Positions 16,322-24,800 of a stretch of 32,000 nt of DNA are shown here, piece by piece (the first letter of the stretch is position 1; every line of letters starts with the position of its first letter). Origin of the DNA: Candidatus Electrothrix sp. GW3-4. Lineage in GTDB: Bacteria; Desulfobacterota; Desulfobulbia; Desulfobulbales; Desulfobulbaceae. The stretch covers positions 2,430,001 through 2,462,000 of the forward strand of contig NZ_CP147990.1 of the NCBI RefSeq assembly GCF_037902255.1. The letters run 5' to 3'. The notes under the pieces were generated by a model. It ran no database searches. It was not told the origin of the DNA and was given only the letters and a program-made list of their open reading frames with translations. The translations under genes and the position numbers were made by a program.

Positions 16322-16727
16322 GCATTTTCCTCAAATATTTTTTAAAAGCGTGAAGATCATCCTCATAAATATCCTTGAACTGGACCCCAACAGCATATTT
16401 TTCTTCATTGTCGGTCAACTTTTTTGACCAAACCACCTCGGCAACAGCCGTCAAGGGTTTCGACACGACCTGGGCATCAATGATTGCCGCAGTGGTTTGC
16501 AAATAATGTTGCCAGCCGATCAACTCAACAATAAGCTGCAAGATGGTTCCGTTTTTAAACAGCTCATCTGTGGTGAAGCACAGGCCAGTCTCTGAAACAT
16601 TACTGGTATACCCGCTTGTCATATTCACGTTCGTCATCGGGTATTGCAGTTTACCAACACTCAGCTTCACCTGTTTATCGAATCGCGGAGACTTCCTTCT
16701 GCATTTTCCTGTTGTTTTATCCACCAT
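16305..16727 (-). CDS. PilZ domain protein (putative c-di-GMP receptor)
   Basis: Both PilZ motifs are present: RRKSPR (RxxxR) near the N-terminus and NVSETG (D/N-x-S-x-x-G) about 30 aa later. Confidence 0.8.
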   Translation of the reverse strand: MVDKTTGKCRRKSPRFDKQVKLSVGKLQYPMTNVNMTSGYTSNVSETGLCFTTDELFKNGTILQLIVELIGWQHYLQTTAAIIDAQVVSKPLTAVAEVVWSKKLTDNEEKYAVGVQFKDIYEDDLHAFKKYLRKMLDKKT

Positions 16728-16834
16728 TGCACTCTAAGTAATCAGAACAATCCGTTGTTACTGGCCATGAGCATCCTTGCACGTCCCATCAGCCTCGTTA
16801 CTCAAAAAAGCATCTCAACGATATATTTCTCCTG

Positions 16835-17869
16835 TTATTGAAGAAGATCATCTATGGTTTCAACATGATCTGTCTTAGCCTTTTTTGCAAACTGCTGGTC
16901 CACCAGACCGTCGATCTTATTATTATCAATCAGCTTATAGCGTACCATCAAATCTGCAATCTCCTGGATTTCTTCCATTTTCGGGAGGTACTGATCATAA
17001 ATTGTACGACCTCCTGATGCATGCAAGGCATACTTCACCAAATCTACAGGCTGGGACCAATATCGGGCCGCAATCTCAGCTGCTTCATCAGGATGCCTTT
17101 CTGCCCATATGCCTGATCGAACCGCCCCATTGACAAATTTTTGGACGAGATCGGGGTCTTGTTCGATCAGGCTTTGCTTGACAATAACAAGATTGCAAAT
17201 GAATGACTTCCAAACCTCCTCAACATTAAAAAGAAGATTTGCCTTGCCGGTTTTCAAGGTCTGGACAGCAAAAGGTTCACCAACATAGTAGGCATCAAGA
17301 GCACCAGTCACTAAGGCAGAGGCCATATCAGGGGGATTGAGCTCCACAATATTGATCTCCCCACGCATATTATTTTCTTCCATCAAGCGCAACAAGCTGA
17401 GATTATGGCCTGAAAAACGCATGGGAACAGCGACCGTTTTACCAGCCAACCCCTGAATATCATGGACATTCAAATCCTTCCTTGTGACAAGGGTACTCTC
17501 ATGCCGATTACCTATATAGACGATCTTGACGTCTACTCCTTGCTGGCGAAGAACAATAGAGAGAGGAGCAATGATGAAGGCTACCTGAATCTTGTCATTC
17601 CGAAGCGCCTCCCCCATCTCAGCAAAGGAACTGAATTTTAAGGCCTTAAATCGAACATCGCTCTCGTTGGTGCTGGCATAATCAAGCAAGGGTGCCGCCA
17701 TATTAGTGATAACAGGCATATAGCCCATTTTCACAATCTGTTGGTGGCCGTGATCAAAATTCAGCCACCAGTGAAGTCCAGAGATGAGCACTCCCCAGAC
17801 AACACTCCCTAAAACAAAACTCCAGGTTCTTGACCAGGTGAACTTCTTCTTTCCATTATTAGACGGCAT
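16835..17869 (-). CDS. NitT/TauT-family (NMT1-like) ABC substrate-binding protein with an N-terminal membrane anchor
   Basis: The overall pattern matches nitrate/sulfonate/bicarbonate-type binding proteins. The N-terminus WSFVLGSVVWGVLISGLHWWL looks like an uncleaved TM anchor. The start overlaps the ATPase stop by 11 nt. Confidence 0.8.
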   Translation of the reverse strand: MPSNNGKKKFTWSRTWSFVLGSVVWGVLISGLHWWLNFDHGHQQIVKMGYMPVITNMAAPLLDYASTNESDVRFKALKFSSFAEMGEALRNDKIQVAFIIAPLSIVLRQQGVDVKIVYIGNRHESTLVTRKDLNVHDIQGLAGKTVAVPMRFSGHNLSLLRLMEENNMRGEINIVELNPPDMASALVTGALDAYYVGEPFAVQTLKTGKANLLFNVEEVWKSFICNLVIVKQSLIEQDPDLVQKFVNGAVRSGIWAERHPDEAAEIAARYWSQPVDLVKYALHASGGRTIYDQYLPKMEEIQEIADLMVRYKLIDNNKIDGLVDQQFAKKAKTDHVETIDDLLQ

Positions 17870-18653
17870 AGCTCACTCCAAGCATCAAGAAGAGTTCGTC
17901 TCGGAGTTTACTCAACTCTGTTTGTTTGTTAAAGACAATTCTCGGATGGGGAAAATCCAGCTTACGGTTCATTTTTACCTGTGAGGGGCGTTTACTGAAG
18001 ACCACCACCCGATCCCCCATGATGAGCGCATCATCGATATCATGGGTCACGATAAGAATCGTTTTCCCAAGGAACTGATGCATATTTACCACCTCTTCCC
18101 GCATTTTCATATGGGTGAGAAAGTCAAGCCCACTAAAAGGCTCATCCATGATCAGGACATCAGGGTTGACAGCCAAGGCACGGGCCAGCTCTGCCCGTCG
18201 CTGCATCCCTCCTGAGAGCTGGCGCGGATAATGGTTTTCAAAGCCATCCAACTCCACCATTTCAATATATTCCTGGATCTCTGTCTTCTTTTCGTCGGCA
18301 TTCTCCATGTGTCGCAGCCCCAGTTCCACATTCTGCCAAACGGTCATCCACGGCAAAAGGCCGCTGTGCTGAAAGACAAAGATATTATCTGAACTCGGAC
18401 CGGTAATCTCTTTGCCGTCAATAAGAATGGACCCCGAGGTCTGTTTATCAAAGCCAGCGATGATACGGAGAAGTGTCGATTTACCGCAGCCAGAAGGACC
18501 GAGCAGGCAGACCATTTCCCCTTCTTCCACTTCAATATTGACATTGTCAAGCACAGAAACCTTTTCGCCATAGGGAAGTCCATCATCCTCGCGCTTTCTC
18601 TTTCTTCGGTTGACAAACTCTCTGCTCAGATTATTGATCTGAATATGTCCCAT
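17859..18653 (-). CDS. NitT/TauT-family ABC transporter ATP-binding protein
   Basis: Carries Walker A GPSGCGKSTLLRIIAGF, the signature LSGGMQRR, Walker B LIMDEPFSGLD and the H-loop VTHD. Confidence 0.9.
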   Translation of the reverse strand: MGHIQINNLSREFVNRRKRKREDDGLPYGEKVSVLDNVNIEVEEGEMVCLLGPSGCGKSTLLRIIAGFDKQTSGSILIDGKEITGPSSDNIFVFQHSGLLPWMTVWQNVELGLRHMENADEKKTEIQEYIEMVELDGFENHYPRQLSGGMQRRAELARALAVNPDVLIMDEPFSGLDFLTHMKMREEVVNMHQFLGKTILIVTHDIDDALIMGDRVVVFSKRPSQVKMNRKLDFPHPRIVFNKQTELSKLRDELFLMLGVSYAV

Positions 18654-18665
18654 TTTTTTGCTCCC

Positions 18666-19445
18666 CTATGCCTGTCTGATGCCCCAGGATGCAGACTCAA
18701 TCCTGCCAAGACGGCGCATAATATAGTCCAAGTACAGGCCGATCAGGCCGATAACGATCATTCCGTCCATAACGTAATCCAGCCGCAGCCCGTTTCTTGA
18801 ATCAAGGATCAGATAACCCAGTCCTGACTGGACCGCGATCATCTCAGCGGCAACCACAACAATCCAGGCAATGGTGACGGTCAGGCGCAGTGCTGTAATA
18901 ATATCGGGAATGATGGCAGGAATAACTATTTTCTGAATCACCTCTTTTCTGCTGAAATTAAAATTGGCTGCAACGTAAAAATAGGTGGGATTGATCGAAT
19001 GAACAGCAACGGTCGTGGAGACGACAATAGGGAAAAAACTGGCAAGAAAAATCAGAAAGACGGCTGGTTGATCACCAATCCCAAACCAGAGCATTGCCAA
19101 GGGTATCCAGGCCAAGGGAGATATAGGGCGGAGAAAATTGATAATCGGATTCAGCAGCATGGAGGCAAGCTGGCTTTTTCCCAAAATAATTCCCAAAGGA
19201 ATACCGAGGATTGCAGCAAGATAGAATCCCCAGGTTACTCTGAATAAGCTGGCCACCGTATGCTTGAACAGAGAACCATTGGCTATCAGCTCAAGCATAC
19301 TCTCCATGACCTTGTACGGTCCGGGCAGTACATTGGTATCCCAGCCGCTGTAACGAACGGTAAGCTCCCAGAGCAAAACCAGAACTGTGAACGACAGAAC
19401 CGGGGCAATGCTTTTTGTGAGCGTAGAATGTGCTTCTGTGTTCAT
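18666..19445 (-). CDS. NitT/TauT-family ABC transporter permease
   Basis: A six-TM hydrophobic protein of the binding-protein-dependent permease type, 259 aa. It is followed after 12 nt by the ATPase gene. Confidence 0.85.
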   Translation of the reverse strand: MNTEAHSTLTKSIAPVLSFTVLVLLWELTVRYSGWDTNVLPGPYKVMESMLELIANGSLFKHTVASLFRVTWGFYLAAILGIPLGIILGKSQLASMLLNPIINFLRPISPLAWIPLAMLWFGIGDQPAVFLIFLASFFPIVVSTTVAVHSINPTYFYVAANFNFSRKEVIQKIVIPAIIPDIITALRLTVTIAWIVVVAAEMIAVQSGLGYLILDSRNGLRLDYVMDGMIVIGLIGLYLDYIMRRLGRIESASWGIRQA

Positions 19446-19468
19446 CAGTAAACTCCGTTTTCTTCTTG

Positions 19469-20380
19469 TTATCCGGCAAGCTCCCGGGCTAGGGCCTGAT
19501 ACTGCTCAGCAGATCTACTCTTTTCATCGTAGTATTGAATAGGAAGATTAACGATGTGTGACTCCTGCATCTTATCGTCGAGCTCAATAACCGTTTTACA
19601 GAGCATCGCTCCGTACTTACGATGAATCTTTTCATTGACCACCCGCTCCGATGTCTTCTTTGCATCAAACATGGTGATAAGAACCTTATATTCGACATCA
19701 TGGTCAATCCCCTTCAATACTTTAATAATGTCGCTAATTTGGGACACGCCGTGCATTGAAAGATATTCGCATGTGGTCGGCACGATAACGAGTTGTGCGG
19801 CCATCAGGGCATTTAAGGTAAAAAACTCTATCGATGGCGGAGTATCTATCAAGATATGGTCATAATTTTTTTCAATCTCCTGTAATTTGTTTCGCAGTAA
19901 ATACTCAAAATTATGCTGGCTCAAATAACGTTTTTTCAGCAACGCCATCTTACTGTTCGAGGGAAGTAAGGACAGGTTAGGATATTTCGTGTGGAGAATA
20001 ATATCACCTATCCCCTTAACCTCTTTGTTTAATAACTCATAAAAGGATCGAGTCTTTCTAAAGCCCAGCAGTATTGTCAAATTCGCCTGCACATCAAAGT
20101 CAACCAACAACACCTTCTTCCCCATGCGTGCTAAGGCCGCTGCCAAATTAAGGCAGGTGGTTGTTTTGGCAACCCCGCCTTTCTGGTTACTCACGGTAAT
20201 AATACGGTGATCATCCGGGGCTACTTCATCCTGCAGGAGGAAGGAATCATCAGCAGGGTCATTTTTGTACACCGTAAACCTATGATTACACTTGTGACAT
20301 CGCACCTTCAATGCCGGTTTATTAATTATATCGTCAGCAACCCTATACCTGGTTTTGCAATTGTCGCATGTAATAATCAT
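19469..20380 (-). CDS. ParA/MinD-family ATPase with an N-terminal MJ0042-type zinc ribbon
   Basis: The N-terminus MIITCDNCKTRYRVADD..VRCHKCNHRFTV has two CxxC pairs in the MJ0042 pattern. It is followed by the deviant Walker A ITVSNQKGGVAKTTTCLNLAAALA and LLVDFDVQANLT, typical of ParA/Soj. Confidence 0.85.
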   Translation of the reverse strand: MIITCDNCKTRYRVADDIINKPALKVRCHKCNHRFTVYKNDPADDSFLLQDEVAPDDHRIITVSNQKGGVAKTTTCLNLAAALARMGKKVLLVDFDVQANLTILLGFRKTRSFYELLNKEVKGIGDIILHTKYPNLSLLPSNSKMALLKKRYLSQHNFEYLLRNKLQEIEKNYDHILIDTPPSIEFFTLNALMAAQLVIVPTTCEYLSMHGVSQISDIIKVLKGIDHDVEYKVLITMFDAKKTSERVVNEKIHRKYGAMLCKTVIELDDKMQESHIVNLPIQYYDEKSRSAEQYQALARELAG

Positions 20381-20733
20381 AGTGTACTTCCCTAATATAT
20401 ATAATAATTATATTATCTAATCAATTTCTGTGCTTCTTCTTGATCCACAGGACAGCAAGCCCTCCTCTTCTTTCTTCACAATCTCCATCAGGTATATGCT
20501 CGCCGCTGTCGTTATCTTATTTTTTATATCTCTATCTTGTACGCAATATTAATCTTTCTTCACTCCGTCTTTACTCATTATATAAAATATTGGAATGCCA
20601 TGAGGGTAAAAGAAAAGAGCTAGTGCTACTGCAACGTTAAACTGACGGGGGCAAACAATTCATTATTCTCTCAACGTGCTCGGCCTTAGAAAACAGCAGC
20701 AAAAAGACTCGTCAACTTAACGTTGTTTGAACA

Positions 20734-21771
20734 CTAGCGGATAACTGACTCAATCACCTCAGCAAGCTTTGCTTCTTCAGTAACCAAATCCACTTTATTT
20801 CGCTTAATTGCAGTATCAGTCAGGCTGGGATACACACAGGTCTCGACACTTTGCGCTATAGTCTTACCGGATTTTTCCTGAATCGCGGCAAACCCTTCCG
20901 ATCCGTCCTCCCCGTATCCTGTGAGCAAAACACCAACGGTATTTTCCCTGAACACCTCAGCAGCTGAGCGAAAGAAGGTATCGAGCGGATTCTCCACTCG
21001 ATCACCAAGCTGAAAACAGGGGTCTCCGTTTTCGTTGAGTCCAACGGTCAGGGAAGCCATATTCGATTGAATATAGCAGACCCCCTGCTCCAGGACTGTC
21101 CCCTGACGAGCCACTTCTATTTTCCAGCGGACAAATTCGTTGAATTTGTCCGCAAAGGCAGCAAGGATTTTGGGAGAAATTTCCAGAAGAATAACAGCAG
21201 CGGCAGGCAGACCGGCATTAAGCCTGGTCATCAGACGAATAAAGGTATTGGGGCCAGTTAACGAAGTTCCTATGGCAATAAGATAGTCAAGGGGGTGAAA
21301 ACCATACAGGTCAGCAAGGCCTTCCTCCTTTTTGTGTTTATAGATCCGGACTCGGCGTATATTCTGAAAATTAACAGCTGAAGCAAGCTTGATGCGGTCA
21401 ACAATATGCTGTTTGGCTGTATGAATATCGCTCGATATTGCCCCAGAGGGTTTTGCAACAAAATCGACAACCCCAAGTCGGAGGGCTTCAAAGGTGATAG
21501 ATCCGTCACTGAAGAGCGAGCTCAGCACAACGATAGGAACCGGAGATTCAATCATGATATGGCGGACGGCCTGCAGCCCGTCCATGACCGGCATATCAAT
21601 GTCAAGCGTGATGACATCAGGATGAAGTTCCTTTATTTTTTCTAGCCCCTCCAGGCCGTTGTTTGCAACCCCAACCACTTCGATATCAGGGTCTGATTCC
21701 AGCAGATCACTGATCGCCTTGGTCATAAAGGTTGCATCGTCAACAACAAGAACCTTAAGTTTTTTATCCAT
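20734..21771 (-). CDS. REC-CheB-like protein (methylesterase domain lacking the catalytic His)
   Basis: REC is intact (VVDDATF, ITLDIDMPVMDG, DFVAKP). The C-terminal domain aligns to CheB. IGTSLTG keeps the Ser, LLEISP replaces QHMP (His to Glu), LTGYGEDG keeps the Asp, and TCVYPSLT replaces SCVVFGMP. The start is set at ATG 21771 (MDKKLKVLVVDD). Confidence 0.85.
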   Translation of the reverse strand: MDKKLKVLVVDDATFMTKAISDLLESDPDIEVVGVANNGLEGLEKIKELHPDVITLDIDMPVMDGLQAVRHIMIESPVPIVVLSSLFSDGSITFEALRLGVVDFVAKPSGAISSDIHTAKQHIVDRIKLASAVNFQNIRRVRIYKHKKEEGLADLYGFHPLDYLIAIGTSLTGPNTFIRLMTRLNAGLPAAAVILLEISPKILAAFADKFNEFVRWKIEVARQGTVLEQGVCYIQSNMASLTVGLNENGDPCFQLGDRVENPLDTFFRSAAEVFRENTVGVLLTGYGEDGSEGFAAIQEKSGKTIAQSVETCVYPSLTDTAIKRNKVDLVTEEAKLAEVIESVIR

Positions 21772-21873
21772 ACCGCAGCTTCCCCCCGTTCTGGAATCCA
21801 TCACGTAACAATATTATTTCGCTGTCGTTTTTGTCACCGGTTCTAATCTTTCCTAATCTGCCTGACAGAAAGC

Positions 21874-24800
21874 TTAATGAACCGGCTGTGGTGTCTCCGT
21901 AGCACTGCCTTTTTTCCGTTTAAAATTCAACGAACGCTGTTCCTGGCGAACGACTTGGTTTTCTTTTGCTATTTTTACAAGCTCAGGGATATCCAAAATA
22001 AGGGAAATACCACCGTCACCCAGAATAGTCGCACCGCCGAAGCCGCTTTCAACCCTCAGGTAATCGGCAAGCGGCTTAATAACCACCTCTTCCTGACCAA
22101 GAAGTTCATCAACAACGATGCCCAACTCCTGGGTTCCGGTACTCACCACGACAACAAACATCTTGTCTTCATCCTGCCCTTGGCGATCAATATTATAAAT
22201 TCTGGCAAGCTGAAAAATAGGCATTGTATTATCACGAAGATGAATAACATCAACACCTTCTATTTCGGAAATCTCATCCCGGAAGACCCTCAGGGTTTCC
22301 TCAACCGTGGTCAGAGGAATGGTAAATTTCTCCTGACCAACCCGCACCATCAAGGCCTGAATAATAGCCATGGTGAGCGGAATCTTGATGCGAAGCCGTG
22401 TTCCTTTTTCTGCCTCAGAAATAATTTCAACGGTACCGTTCAACTTCTCGATATTCTTCTTCACCACGTCCATGCCCACGCCACGGCCGGAAGTTTTGGT
22501 CGCCTTTTCAGCCGTACTGAAACCAGGCAACATAATCAGGCGCGTCAACTCCTGATCAGACATCCGCATCACTTCTTCCTTCCTGATAAGGCCTTTTTCC
22601 AGGGCCTTTGCCTTGATTCTCCTTGTATCAAGCCCCCTACCGTCATCGGTGATCTCCAGCACAATATGATCACTCTCGTGGAAGGCCTCAAGAAGGAGCG
22701 TTCCCTGAGCAGGCTTACCTACCCGCAGACGCTCCTCAACCGTTTCGATGCCGTGGTCAACAGAGTTTCTGATAATATGAATCAAGGGATCTGAGATAGA
22801 CTCAATGACCATCTTGTCAAGCTCAGTTTCCTCACCTTTGGTAACCAGCTTAACATCCTTATCCGTGTTATGGACTAAATCTCGTACCAAACGAGGATAG
22901 CGCTTAAAAAGCTGGTCAATGGGCAACATTCTGACCTTCATTACCCCTTCCTGCAGTTCATTGGATACACGGCCGAGATGAACACCTGCCTCGCTCAGAC
23001 GGAAAGAAAACTCATGAAGCGGCTTCAGTTGACTTTTTGTAACCCCCGAGGACTCAAGCAGCTGCTGCTCCAACCCTCGCATCTCATTAACAAGCTGAGC
23101 AAAGTAGGCCCTGCTTACAACCAGCTCTCCAACCTGATTCATGAGATAATCAATTTTCTCAGCATCTACCCTGATGCTGCTGCGCACAGTTGCTTTTTGG
23201 GCAGGCCCCTGCCTGTTTTCTTCCTCCTCAGCATGCTGCTTAAGGACCTCGGATTTTATAAAATCCAGTGTATCATCGGCTGAGCCAGGTACCTCGCTTT
23301 TTTCTTCAGCAACGTCCTCAGTGAGAGGTGCTTCCAGGGCATCATCATGCTGATCATCCCTGTTCTCCATTTCATCATCAGCTGCTGCCGCTTCAATCGC
23401 ATCTGCTCCATTTGAGGCCACAACCTTATCTAATAAATGACCGCCTGCCCCCAACGCAGGGGTCTCTGCTCTGTCATCAGGAGTTGCTGACTGCTCCATC
23501 CCAGCCTCTGCCCGTGCACCTTGACCATGTTCTCCTTCCTGCTCTGGAGCTTCTATAATCTCTTCTATAACGCTGTCTATGGAATCCTCTGAAACGCCAG
23601 CTGCATATTCCGACACCTCTAAGGCACTGCTGAGCTTATCAAAAAGCGCCTTTTCTTCGGAACCGCCACCATCACCATGATCAGTTTGGTCCGTGCTCCC
23701 TTCAGGAGTTCTTCTTTCTGGCTCTGGCTTATCAGCCTCTCCCTTGTCGTCTCTCTTCTCCTCGGGAACGCCCGCAACAGAGACATCATCCCCCCCTTGT
23801 GAGCTAGCAAAAGCGACCATACCCTTGTCGGCTCCAGAAAAAGTCTCATCATTTCCAAAACCTCCATTTTCTTCCCCGGAGAATTCACCGAGCTCTTGTT
23901 GCCCACCATCCCCGATAATCTGAGGATATACCCCGATGATCTTATCAACAAACTCCTGTAGCCCGGCAATGATATCCGATGCAATACCGGCGGAGACATC
24001 AGCAAGATATCCTTCAACAACACTCTGCCATAGCTCGCAAAAAGATGTCAGGCTGGCATACTCCATATAATTGGCTGACGAGGCGAGGTGTCCAATAGCA
24101 TCATGACAATTATTGAGTATTGTTTTTTTATCACCACCTGCCTGGTATTCTCCAATCCTGGCCTGGATATATTCAATATCGGTCTTTAATTTCTTCAGAA
24201 AAATAGAAATCAGCTCTTCGTCATACTCATCATCGGAAAGTTCGTTATTAAGGGAAAGGGCTTCTACGTTAGGTTCTTCCCGAAGTGAACCATCAGGATC
24301 CATTGCAGATATGGAAGCGGCCTCCTCACCTGGCATCTCACCATCCAGGCTGAGGATATCCCCCCCCTTTTCTCCAGCTTCAGACATCCTGGGGTGTTCA
24401 TCAGAAAATATCGAATCCAAGGCCCGGTCAAGATCAATACCCTGAGTTTCCCCCTCTTCTTCTGGCTGATCATCGCAGGTTCCGTCATCGAGCTCAATAA
24501 GACTCTCTGAAACAACAGCTGGCTCCTCATCGGAAAAAATGGAATTCAGGGCTGAATCAATAGAGGCTGTATCATGTTTTTCTTCTCCTGAGTTATCAGC
24601 GAGTATATCTGCATCATCCTGCGAATAGCCCTCCATTGCCTGGGGAAATGAACGGATTATCTCGTCCAGATAATCCTGCATGAATGAGAGGTTAGGCATT
24701 CTGCCACTTGAGAGCTGCTCAACCGCATTCTCAATAGCATGCTGCCAGTTGGAATAATGCTGGGTAAGCTTTTCATAGCCCATATAGTTGGCAGACGACT

